Notes under the pieces: model-generated
Seen by the model: the letters and a program-made list of their open reading frames with translations, nothing else
What the model was told of the DNA's origin: nothing
Database searches by the model: none
Position numbers and translations under genes: made by a program
Shown: positions 8,662-17,303 of the stretch, one piece after another
How the letters are laid out: each line of letters starts with the position of its first letter
Position numbering within the stretch: position 1 is the first letter of the stretch
Source of the DNA: a virus
Taxonomy: Duplodnaviria; Caudoviricetes
DNA length: 64,000 nt
Virus record (IMG/VR): IMGVR_UViG_3300025139_000012
Location: 7,591-71,590 of that record
Reading direction: 5' to 3' (one strand)

Positions 8662-10138
8662 TCCATACAAACTTGTAGTTGCCGCAATCATGAACTTTCA
8701 CATACCCGTTTTCACGCATAATTGAATCTTCAGTCAGGCTGGGATCATACCCCATTGACACTAACCGTTTTTTAGTGAAATTAGAACGATGGTACCGTTT
8801 GCTATTTTTAACATAGAAATAGCCAGCATTGCTTTCATTTGTTGTACAGTCAGTGAACCCTAGCTTTTGGTAAAGACCTCCATCGCTCCAGCAACGATTA
8901 GCATACGACACTACGCTTGACGGCGAGTGAGTTAAAACAAAATGTGAGAAAAGTTTCCCTGCGCCGCCAACTACGTTTCCAATTGAGCAAAAACGAATCA
9001 TTTCATAATTATGAGAAGTATACCGCGATCTTCCAAAACCCATAACTGCTACTAATTCTCCGGCGTACTTTAACCCATACCGCAATGGTGATGGGGTATA
9101 TCCTTGCAAATGATGGCTTTCCACAAAATCTTTGTATTCCAATAGGCCAATCTCGGATAGTACACATTTTCTAGCAAAAATTCTGTTTCCAACCCCCATC
9201 ACACTAGCTAACCTAGATTTAACAATGTCTGGATGCATCTTCCATTCGTCGTCAAATAATTGAATGAGGCGGATACCTTGTTGCTTACATTTTAAAAATT
9301 TGTCAACATGGTAGGTCGGTGTTCGAAATTTGTCTGAATGCCAGTATACCCCATTAAACTCTATTGCCACTTTTTTGCTTGGAATGTAAATGTCGATTTC
9401 GAGACCATCCAAAATTGTTCTGTCTCCGCTAATAGTTTGACATCCCAACTGTTCAACATACTGCCTTACTTCTTTTTCGCCAGTTGAAACTTGCGGCGGA
9501 AAACATGTTTTGCACCGAGGCACTTTTCCTGACTCAATTACTCCAGAAAAAATAGTGTCACAGTGAACGCATTTCCAAGAATACACATTTTTTCTCAATG
9601 ATCCTTTGTACTCCTGCCGTGTAAAGTTTGGTATGACATCAGCAGACATTCTAGATACTACTTGATTAAACCCAGCAGTTTCTTTTTTGTGTTGCATTTT
9701 AGTAAACACGTCAGAATAATCACGTTGCGACATTGTATCTTTTCGTTTTTGTTTAACAATATCTGATTTACTTGCATTTGAGCACCCGTATTTTTGTTGC
9801 CAAGTTGCAACTCGTTTTTGTACAAGATCCTGTATGTCAGTATGTTGAGAAGCGTATTCTGACATCTGATCTTTAAAGCATTGACAATTAGCTATTGAAC
9901 CGCAAAATCCAACCCCACTGTTGTCTTGTTTTATTTTTTTCAGATTCCCGTATTTACAGTTTAAATCAGGGCTTCCATCTAGTAAGTAAATACACCGCCC
10001 CTTTATGCTCATATCAGTAAAATTTCGAGTATTTTGCATTACCCATTCATAAAGGTCAGCATGTTTTTTAGATTTTAACACTTGCCCAAATATATTTGAG
10101 TGGGTTGAATCGAGTAAATTTTTAAGTCGTTCTAGCAT
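8627..10138 (-). CDS. Hef-like/Vsr-type endonuclease with GNAT-like tail (copy 3)
   Basis: EIDIY..AIEFNGVYWHS, CxxC ribbons, EMIRFC..GGAGKL..SYAN; GATAAATA upstream at 10173-10180. Confidence 0.75.
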   Translation of the reverse strand: MLERLKNLLDSTHSNIFGQVLKSKKHADLYEWVMQNTRNFTDMSIKGRCIYLLDGSPDLNCKYGNLKKIKQDNSGVGFCGSIANCQCFKDQMSEYASQHTDIQDLVQKRVATWQQKYGCSNASKSDIVKQKRKDTMSQRDYSDVFTKMQHKKETAGFNQVVSRMSADVIPNFTRQEYKGSLRKNVYSWKCVHCDTIFSGVIESGKVPRCKTCFPPQVSTGEKEVRQYVEQLGCQTISGDRTILDGLEIDIYIPSKKVAIEFNGVYWHSDKFRTPTYHVDKFLKCKQQGIRLIQLFDDEWKMHPDIVKSRLASVMGVGNRIFARKCVLSEIGLLEYKDFVESHHLQGYTPSPLRYGLKYAGELVAVMGFGRSRYTSHNYEMIRFCSIGNVVGGAGKLFSHFVLTHSPSSVVSYANRCWSDGGLYQKLGFTDCTTNESNAGYFYVKNSKRYHRSNFTKKRLVSMGYDPSLTEDSIMRENGYVKVHDCGNYKFVWTNPNLGPITVQ

Positions 10139-10198
10139 TTTAGTTGGTGAGTGGTAATATACTCTATGCTTTTATTTATCTTTCAGGCAAAAAAACCA

Positions 10199-10227
10199 TT
10201 GACTTTGTGATAATAATAGTGTATAAT
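10199..10227 (+). promoter_or_regulatory. sigma70 early promoter
   Basis: TTGACT-17 nt-TATAAT upstream of ATG 10262. Confidence 0.85.
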
Positions 10228-10261
10228 ACCTGCATACAGCAAATTTTATAAGGCTCATATT

Positions 10262-11512
10262 ATGGCAACTGCATCAGATACCACCAGTTCAGCAAAGCGC
10301 AAAGAATATACCCCAGTGCCTACTGACCCAGCGATGGATGCTCGAGCTGTTGAAAAGCTCGTGACCGCACGTATCGGACTGCTTTTGAAGGCTCCGTTCT
10401 TTGGTAATCTTGCAACCCGCTTGATTATTAAAAATGCCGACGAGTGGTTACCTACTGCCGCTACAGATGGACGTCATTTCTACTACAACTCACGGCTAAT
10501 TGACAAGATGCCGCTCAAGCAAGTTGAGTTCCTTTTTGGTCATGAAACTCTCCATAACGTTTTCGATCACATGGGCCGGCGTGGTGACCGTGATCCGCAG
10601 TTGTTTAACATTGCTGCTGATTACGCTGTGAATCAAGACTTGATGGATCAACGTATTGGCGAGAAGATCACTGTCGTTCCTATCCTGCTTGACTCCAAGT
10701 ACAAGGGCATGTCGTCTGAAGAGATTTACGACGAGCTGTACCAAAATGCTAAAAAGATCAATATTGATGACTTGCTTGATCAAATGCTGGATGAGCACCT
10801 GGACGGTGAGGGCGAGGGCGAAGATGGCGAAGGCAAGGGCCGTCCAAAGTTATCTGAAGAAGAAAAGAAAGCTATCCGTGACGAGCTCAAAGAAGCTGTT
10901 GTAAGTGCTGCCCAGGCATGTGGTGCTGGTAACTTGCCAGCTGGTGTGAAACGCATGCTAGCTGACATGACTGAGCCCAAGATGAACTGGCGCGAGCTGT
11001 TGCAACAACAGATTGAAAGTACCATCAAAGCTGACTACACTTTTATGAAGCCATCACGTCGCTCGTGGCATTTGGATGCTATCTTGCCTGGGCAAAATAA
11101 CGCTGAAATGATCGACATCTGTATTGCAGTTGACTTGTCGGGCTCGATTAGCGATAAACAATGTAAAGAGTTTTTCAGTGAAATTCATGGCATTATGCAG
11201 ATGTATGATGCCTTCAAGATCCACGTGTGGACCTTTGATACTGAAGTGTATAATCCAGCGATCTTTACGCAAGACAACATGGACGAACTGTTGACTTACG
11301 AACCGCAGGGTGGTGGTGGGACAGACTTTACTGTGAACTGGGACTTCATGAAGGAAAATGACATTGAACCTAAAAAGTTCATCATGTTTACTGACGGCTA
11401 TCCAGGAAGTTCATGGGGTGATTCCGAATATTGTGATACATGCTTCATTATCCACGGGTCAACTACCATTGAGCCTCCGTTCGGTACTTTTGCTTACTAT
11501 CAAGAAGACTAA
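10262..11512 (+). CDS. DUF2201-type metallopeptidase-VWA protein (MoxR partner)
   Basis: TAATDG, HETLH (HExxH), VWA MIDAS DLSGS, GGGTDF, FTDGY. Confidence 0.88.
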   Translation: MATASDTTSSAKRKEYTPVPTDPAMDARAVEKLVTARIGLLLKAPFFGNLATRLIIKNADEWLPTAATDGRHFYYNSRLIDKMPLKQVEFLFGHETLHNVFDHMGRRGDRDPQLFNIAADYAVNQDLMDQRIGEKITVVPILLDSKYKGMSSEEIYDELYQNAKKINIDDLLDQMLDEHLDGEGEGEDGEGKGRPKLSEEEKKAIRDELKEAVVSAAQACGAGNLPAGVKRMLADMTEPKMNWRELLQQQIESTIKADYTFMKPSRRSWHLDAILPGQNNAEMIDICIAVDLSGSISDKQCKEFFSEIHGIMQMYDAFKIHVWTFDTEVYNPAIFTQDNMDELLTYEPQGGGGTDFTVNWDFMKENDIEPKKFIMFTDGYPGSSWGDSEYCDTCFIIHGSTTIEPPFGTFAYYQED

Positions 11513-11922
11513 TGACTAGAATCAATCTTGTGCCAGTTGAAGAACTGTGCGACCAGCATCTGCTGGCCGAGCATCGTGAGCTAAAGCGTATCCCAAACTG
11601 TCTGCTAAAGGGTATACTGAAAACAGACTACGCAGACCGTCCATCAGTATTTACCCTTGGCAAGGGGCATGTCAAGTTTTTCACCAACAAGCTCGGCTGG
11701 CTGTGGCGCCGCTATAACCAGCTTCATGCCGAGTGTTTGGCTCGTGGGTTCAACGTTTCATACCAGTTCCGCAACTTGGAGCTCGAGTTTTACGGATTCA
11801 AGCTCAACGATGCTTGGACACCTACTGACGCGGATATTGCTGTTAGTAGGGCCAGAATTCAAGGCAAGATGCCGCCCAAACCCAGACACACGGAGGTTAC
11901 CGCCCATGCTCAAACACAATGA
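11512..11922 (+). CDS. denV: Pyrimidine-dimer DNA glycosylase / endonuclease V
   Basis: MTRINL..L.DQHLLAEHREL.RI and FTLGKGHVKFF match the T4 DenV signature. Confidence 0.93.
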   Translation: MTRINLVPVEELCDQHLLAEHRELKRIPNCLLKGILKTDYADRPSVFTLGKGHVKFFTNKLGWLWRRYNQLHAECLARGFNVSYQFRNLELEFYGFKLNDAWTPTDADIAVSRARIQGKMPPKPRHTEVTAHAQTQ

Positions 11923-12169
11923 AGTAAACCCGCTAGCAGTGCATCGTTTGCGCAGGGTAGAGTTTTGCCCTGCGCACTTCGTATCGCTGACAGTGACAGC
12001 CAGTCTACTACCAGTATTGAACTGGCTGCATGAAAACACTGATGGACGGTTCTACATTAACAACAGTGCGGGTGGAAACTTGACAGTTGGGTTTGAAAAT
12101 CACTCTGAAGCTACTTATTTTTCACTATTTCTTCCTCAAATAATTGCCGAAGAGTCAATATCTTACTAA
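11906..12169 (+). CDS. Hypothetical phage protein (87 aa)
   Basis: MLKHNEVNPL... with GGAGG RBS upstream; overlaps the denV end. Confidence 0.65.
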   Translation: MLKHNEVNPLAVHRLRRVEFCPAHFVSLTVTASLLPVLNWLHENTDGRFYINNSAGGNLTVGFENHSEATYFSLFLPQIIAEESISY

Positions 12170-12243
12170 AAAATTTAAAAAATTTCTGCTGCCTACCCAA
12201 GTAAGGTAAATACTAACACATATTTAACATTATAGGAGAAAAT

Positions 12244-12543
12244 ATGACAACCGATACAACAACTGAAACAACAACTGAAACAACAACTGAAACAACAACT
12301 GAAGCGCCTGGACTCACTATTCAAGACTTGACTATGGTACTTCAAATCGTTCAAGTCGCTGCTTCTCGTGGTGCGTTTAAAGCGGAGGAATTGTCAGCAG
12401 TTGGTGGATTGTATGACCGCGTGTTCAAGTTCTTAGATGCCGCTGGCGCATTGAAAAAGCCAGAAGCAGCGCAATCTGACACTGGCACTGCCGCAGCAGA
12501 GCCAACCCCAGAAGTTACCCCAGCAGCAACAGCCGCCGCTTAA
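12244..12543 (+). CDS. Hypothetical protein with TTTE repeats
   Basis: AGGAG RBS, TAAATA upstream (12207-12212); core LTIQDL..RGAFKAEEL..VG. Confidence 0.8.
   Translation: MTTDTTTETTTETTTETTTEAPGLTIQDLTMVLQIVQVAASRGAFKAEELSAVGGLYDRVFKFLDAAGALKKPEAAQSDTGTAAAEPTPEVTPAATAAA
12256..12303 (+). repeat. 12-bp in-frame tandem repeat (ACAACAACTGAA x4)
   Basis: Read directly from the sequence. Confidence 0.9.
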
Positions 12544-12558
12544 GGATAGGAGAACATT

Positions 12559-13347
12559 ATGCTCAAACATATTGGGTCACACAATGACCGTAAAGTAGTA
12601 GTTTTATTTAGGCAGGTCCCGGGTGAAGATCATATGTGTTTGATCGTTTACAGTGATCTCTTGCCAAGGTTGATTCACGATGAGGTTATGCGTTGCTTGG
12701 AAAGTGCGCCTGGACAGCAATCTGACAACCTTGCGGATGCCTTACATCGTATTTTAATGGCCGATGGGCGCAACGCTCTTGAAGTTATTCACAAGGAAGG
12801 CTTCATGAAGAAGGTGCAAACTTCGCAAGTCATCATGACGCCAACGCCGGCAGCAAGGATTCGCTTAGACGAGTTGAACAAACTATTGGCTGAAATGGCT
12901 CTGGGCGCTGATGCTGTTAAGCGTATGGCTGAGGTTGACTCACAGTCTGGGCTACAGCACAAGAAGCGTGACAACTCAACCCCACCACGCAATGTTGGCG
13001 AACCAGCTAACAAGGCGAAATCTGCTCCTGCAGTTCCAGCGTTGCAAGCTGGACTAAACGATGTATTGACTGACGAGGCGATTGCTGCTCAGCAAGTGAC
13101 TCAGGCTGCTCGTATGCGCAGTGAGGCAACATCTTTGCTAGCTGAAGCTGCTAGACTTGAATCTGAAGCAGCGGCGTTATCGCCTGCTGTAGCTAAAAAA
13201 CCAGCGAAAACTGTAAATACTGTTAGTGCTAAAAAAACTACAACCGCAGCTAAACCAGCTACTGTCAAGAGTAAAAGTGCTACTACAGCTATGAAGGCCA
13301 CAGCAAAAAATGTCAACACCAAAGAAACCAAGAAAACAAAAGTCTAA
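12559..13347 (+). CDS. Hypothetical protein with Lys/Ala/Thr-rich tail
   Basis: 262-aa ORF with AGGAG RBS. Confidence 0.8.
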   Translation: MLKHIGSHNDRKVVVLFRQVPGEDHMCLIVYSDLLPRLIHDEVMRCLESAPGQQSDNLADALHRILMADGRNALEVIHKEGFMKKVQTSQVIMTPTPAARIRLDELNKLLAEMALGADAVKRMAEVDSQSGLQHKKRDNSTPPRNVGEPANKAKSAPAVPALQAGLNDVLTDEAIAAQQVTQAARMRSEATSLLAEAARLESEAAALSPAVAKKPAKTVNTVSAKKTTTAAKPATVKSKSATTAMKATAKNVNTKETKKTKV

Positions 13348-13648
13348 AAAGATCAATGTTAGTGCTAGACAACACTGGGAAACAATCCTTCGTTCTGTAA
13401 CTAAGGAAGAAGTCCCAGTGGAAATGCTAGAATATCTAACAGTCAATCTGATTGACGGATCTAAAGTTAACATCAATATTAAACAGTTGATTGCTGAAGG
13501 TCGCAAACCAAAGGACATTGAATCTGAGATTAACCACAAACTAGATTCGCTTGATGCCATGGTTGAGGATGTAGATTTCTTTATCTGTATTGATTCAGTA
13601 GCCAGCGTCGTTCAACCCGTAACTGACAAAATCTTAAAGAATCTGTAA
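13310..13648 (+). CDS. Hypothetical protein
   Basis: 112-aa ORF tightly packed before thyA. Confidence 0.7.
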   Translation: MSTPKKPRKQKSKKINVSARQHWETILRSVTKEEVPVEMLEYLTVNLIDGSKVNINIKQLIAEGRKPKDIESEINHKLDSLDAMVEDVDFFICIDSVASVVQPVTDKILKNL

Positions 13649-13651
13649 ACT

Positions 13652-14530
13652 ATGAAGCAATATTTAGACGCGTTGTCAAACATTTTGACATTGGGTGACG
13701 TTCGTATGGATAGGACTGGGACGGGTACCATTGGGTTGTTCGGAACGCAACAACGATATGATCTTCGTGCTGGCTTCCCTGCAGTTACTACTAAGAAGCT
13801 AGCTTGGCGTGCAGTCGTTTCTGAACTGTTGTGGTTCATTGAAGGCAGTGGAGATGAGAGACGACTATGCGAGATCTTGCACGGAACTCGTGATGCAGAT
13901 AAGAAAACTATCTGGACTGGCAATGCGCAGGCTCCGTATTGGAAAGACAAGGCTAAGTTTAACGGTGACGTTGGGCGTATATATGGGGTTCAGTTTCGGC
14001 ATTGGCAGACTGGTAAGAAGCATTGGATTAGTTCAAGCGAAGAAGAGCCAGTTGAGATTGATCAACTAGCTAACTTGATTGACGGAATCAAGAAAGATCC
14101 ATACGGTCGCAGGCATATTTTGAGCGCGTGGAATCCTTCTGAGCTAGATCAAATGGCATTGCCACCATGTCATATTATGGCACAGTTTTATGTCAACTCT
14201 AAGAATGAACTTAGCTGCCATATGTATCAACGTTCAAATGATTTCTTCTTAGGTTGCCCGTTTAATATTGCGTCATATTCATTGCTTACCCACATGATTG
14301 CTCAAGTGTGCGGATTGGGGGTAGGAGAGTTTATTCATACAACGGGTGATGCTCACATATACAGCAACCACATTGAGCAGGTTAAAGAGCAGTTATCCCG
14401 TGAACCATTGCTGCTACCTATTCTTATAATGAATAAAGAGATAATGGATATCAACTCATTTAAAATGGATGACTTTAGTCTTGAGGGATACAAATGTCAC
14501 GACGCAATCAAAGCGCCAATGGCAGTGTGA
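13652..14530 (+). CDS. thyA: Thymidylate synthase
   Basis: DRTGTGT, ELLWF, MALPPCH (catalytic Cys), YQRSND, PFNIASY, GDAHIY. Confidence 0.97.
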   Translation: MKQYLDALSNILTLGDVRMDRTGTGTIGLFGTQQRYDLRAGFPAVTTKKLAWRAVVSELLWFIEGSGDERRLCEILHGTRDADKKTIWTGNAQAPYWKDKAKFNGDVGRIYGVQFRHWQTGKKHWISSSEEEPVEIDQLANLIDGIKKDPYGRRHILSAWNPSELDQMALPPCHIMAQFYVNSKNELSCHMYQRSNDFFLGCPFNIASYSLLTHMIAQVCGLGVGEFIHTTGDAHIYSNHIEQVKEQLSREPLLLPILIMNKEIMDINSFKMDDFSLEGYKCHDAIKAPMAV

Positions 14531-14531
14531 G

Positions 14532-14786
14532 GTGGCTAATCGTATCGTCATTAAAGAAATCGACATAGATTTCTTTAGCTTATTTCAAGCTAACCATCTT
14601 GAGCAGGCTAAAGAAGAGATGGATGAGATGGTCAGCAAGCACCATCCAGTGGGCAGATGGTGCAAAGAGCGTGGAATCAAGTTACAGCAAACGGTGCTAA
14701 CTAACGAATCTAAACAGATGCACAAAGTAATACTGTATGCTACAATGACTGATGTTCAGCAAACTGAATATGCCCTAAGATTTTAA
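14532..14786 (+). CDS. Hypothetical protein
   Basis: GTG start immediately after the thyA stop. Confidence 0.6.
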   Translation: MANRIVIKEIDIDFFSLFQANHLEQAKEEMDEMVSKHHPVGRWCKERGIKLQQTVLTNESKQMHKVILYATMTDVQQTEYALRF

Positions 14787-14788
14787 CT

Positions 14789-14826
14789 ATGAATATTTTT
14801 ATAACTGGAGGGGCAGGATTTATTAC
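14789..14826 (+). pseudogene. 5' stub of an NAD-dependent epimerase/dehydratase interrupted by an IS
   Basis: MNIFITGGAGFI is a Rossmann GxxGxxG start, cut at the IS left end; the remainder is absent from the window. Confidence 0.75.
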
Positions 14827-14875
14827 TGAGCGTAAAACCACTGGATCTTCAGTCCAGTGGATGTAAGCGAACAAA

Positions 14876-15000
14876 TCATCCTTGTTCAGCTATGTATTTG
14901 GCTATTGTTTCAGTTGATGCATCTCCTGTAGAACAAACAAAGTAACCAGATGACCAAAATATATGTTTCTCCCATTTGATGGTCTTTCTTAATTTTGTAT
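14876..15000 (-). pseudogene. tnpA: C-terminal remnant of an IS200-type Y1 transposase
   Basis: FWSSGYFVCSTG..STETIAKYIAEQG (catalytic YxxxQ helix); HUH half missing. Confidence 0.85.
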
Positions 15001-15042
15001 AAAAATATTTATGACAAAGAAACAGATCAGATAAATAATAGC

Positions 15043-16233
15043 ATGAAACAACTACTCGCATACAAATACCGGATTTACCCAACGGAAGACCAACAAGTCC
15101 TTCTGAGTAAAACCTTTGGATGTAAACGAGTGATCTTTAACCATTATTTGGTAGAGCAGCAAGTTAGATACAAAAACAAAGAAAAGAACCTGAGCAATTT
15201 TGATATCAACAAAGACATCACCCAACTAAAAGACACGAAGGTGTGGTTAAGGGAAGTAGATTCAATTGCCCTACAAATGGCAGCAGAAGACCTGTCAGTT
15301 GCTTACGATAACTTCTTCAAATCAATAACTGGTAAGAGAAAAGGGCCTAAAATATCCTTGCCAAAATTCAAAAACAAGAATTCCCGTCAGTCATACAGAA
15401 CACGTGGTGTTCGCATAAATGAAGATGGATCATTACAGATTCCAAAATTGAAAGCAGTAAAAGCAGTAGTTCACAGAGAAATTCCAGTTGATTCGGTAAT
15501 CAAATCAACAACTATTTCAAAGAATCCTGATGGAAGATACTACGCATCAATTTTAGTTGAAACAGAAGTATCATTACAACCAATCTCTTTAAAAGAGATT
15601 GGGTGTGACTTAGGTCTTAAGGATTTGCTCATCACAAGTGATGGGGTAAAATTCAAGAGACCAAATGATTTGCCAAACATTGTAAAAACCAAACAATTGT
15701 TGAAGGTAAATCAAAAGCAGTTTGCAAGAACTGATAAAAGCAGCAAGAATCACGAGCTCCTGCGCCTGCAGGTAGCACGTCTTTACTCGAAATTGACACG
15801 GCAGAGAAACGAATACTATCATCTGGTATCAAGATATTTGGTTGATAATTATGACTCTATCTATGTCGAAAACCTTTCAAGTAAAAATATGCTCCAAAAC
15901 AGGAAGTTGAGTCGAGCAATTCATGAAGTGGCGTGGGCTACACTAACTAATATGATTTCTTACAAGTCAAACAGTGCAGGCAGAACATACCATCGAATCG
16001 ATAGGTGGTATCCAAGCAGTAAAACCTGTAGTTCCTGCGATCACAAACTTGAAAAGCTGGATCTTGGAACCAGAGAATGGACTTGTCCAAATTGCGGAAC
16101 CCATCATGATCGTGATATAAATGCTGCTAAGAATATCCTCCGTGTCGGTCAACTTGACTGCTACGGGGAAGCAATGAAGTCGCAAGCAACAGGCGATTTG
16201 GAAAACTCCATTGGCCCTACAGAAAATGACTAG
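15043..16233 (+). CDS. tnpB: RNA-guided endonuclease TnpB, family A
   Basis: AYKYRIYP, RuvC GCDLG / VENL / DRDINAA, zinc finger; GATAAATA at 15030-15037. Confidence 0.93.
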   Translation: MKQLLAYKYRIYPTEDQQVLLSKTFGCKRVIFNHYLVEQQVRYKNKEKNLSNFDINKDITQLKDTKVWLREVDSIALQMAAEDLSVAYDNFFKSITGKRKGPKISLPKFKNKNSRQSYRTRGVRINEDGSLQIPKLKAVKAVVHREIPVDSVIKSTTISKNPDGRYYASILVETEVSLQPISLKEIGCDLGLKDLLITSDGVKFKRPNDLPNIVKTKQLLKVNQKQFARTDKSSKNHELLRLQVARLYSKLTRQRNEYYHLVSRYLVDNYDSIYVENLSSKNMLQNRKLSRAIHEVAWATLTNMISYKSNSAGRTYHRIDRWYPSSKTCSSCDHKLEKLDLGTREWTCPNCGTHHDRDINAAKNILRVGQLDCYGEAMKSQATGDLENSIGPTEND

Positions 16234-16317
16234 TAAAATCGAGAGACCTGACATATGCTTGTCAGTTGGTCATAGGAGTGGGCAAGCTACACGATCTTTA
16301 GTCGTGTAGCAGTTGAC

Positions 16318-16600
16318 CCTTCTTCTAAAACTTGTTCTTGTTGTAGCCATAAACTAGAATCTTTAGATCTATCTATAAGAGAATGGACATGCCCTAGTTG
16401 TGGTACTGTTCACGATAGAGATCTAAATGCTTCAGTAAACATTTTGAATAAAGGTCTAGATGATCTTTATAGTTTAACATCGGACGAATTAGCCGATTAC
16501 AGACGTCGAGAGTCAGTAAATCCTAAAGTAGAAATACCAAAGGTAGATTCATTGAAACGTCTAGTCAGTTTTATAGATTTTTATAAAACGGCATAATTAT
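16318..16600 (+). mobile_element. tnpB: 3' remnant of TnpB family B (zinc finger, RuvC-III and omegaRNA end)
   Basis: Encodes PSSKTCSCC...DRDLNAS...FIDFYKTA*; near-identical to the reverse complement of 45210-45492. Confidence 0.9.
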
Positions 16601-17279
16601 TAGAATACGCGCTCGCATAAGGGGCTGCCGCAGTAGTTGTTTTGGCTATTTGCGCCGAGGTAGTAAGTTGTCGATATCCAACTGCTGTTGACGAGTTAGA
16701 AGCATTGTATACCGTTAAATTAGCCAGAGTGTTAATAGTTCCCGCTAAACTAGAGCTACGAGTGTTGCCGCCCAACGATGATGCAGAGCATACAAAGTTA
16801 ATCCTGCCGCCAGCGTTGAAAAAATATCTTGCGTGTTGAGCAGATGCAAAACTAACATTGGTGTCTACGAACTGTGACGGTGCAGATGAGTATGGTGCAT
16901 TAGTAGAGTTAAAAGTGTTAGCTGTTCCAGTGATAGTAGTGCCAAGGGTAGCGGCAGATGCCCTGTTAGTATATACAGAGTTAACGCTTGATTGCAGCGT
17001 GCTCAAGTATGTAACAATTGACCCAGCGGTTGGCGCTGCGATTCCAGTTCCTGAACCTGATTGGTGTGTTTTGACAGCATTGAGCTTGTTAATCAATGTT
17101 GCCCACTGTGTTGCTGTTACAATGATGCCAGGGGCTACGGCTGGGACGGCTACGACAGGCACTTGTCCGTAACCAGCATCCCCATAACCAACGCCAAGAA
17201 CAGTGTTTAACTAGTTTGCTCCGTTGATAAGATTATTGTAATCTGCAGCTTGAATCAGGCCGCCTGTTGCGTATGTCAT
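16601..17279 (-). pseudogene. Tail-fibre-like structural gene with in-frame TAG, 3'-truncated by IS
   Basis: ATG 17279 MTYATGGLIQAADYNN..., TAG at 17211-17213, frame continues (LNTVLGVGYGDAGYGQ...ARYFFNAGG) into the family B right end. Confidence 0.7.
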
Positions 17280-17303
17280 ATTACATTTCCCGTATGTTTA
17301 CAT

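Larger units (their letters stand above)
14824..16317 (+). mobile_element. IS200/IS605-family element A (tnpA remnant plus intact tnpB)
   Basis: LE hairpin CCACTGGA/TCCAGTGG (14838-14860) after TTTAT; RE hairpin GCTACACGA/TCGTGTAGC (16286-16310) ending TTGAC; ends approximate. Confidence 0.85.

Noticed and set aside
14876-15082. Functional 68-aa transposase
   Set aside because: Only the C-terminal helix region is TnpA-like and the HUH motif is missing, so element A is non-autonomous.
17211-17213. Genome-wide TAG recoding
   Set aside because: Very long ORFs are intact in the standard code and several genes end at TAG (8661, 46905); only one internal TAG was noticed.
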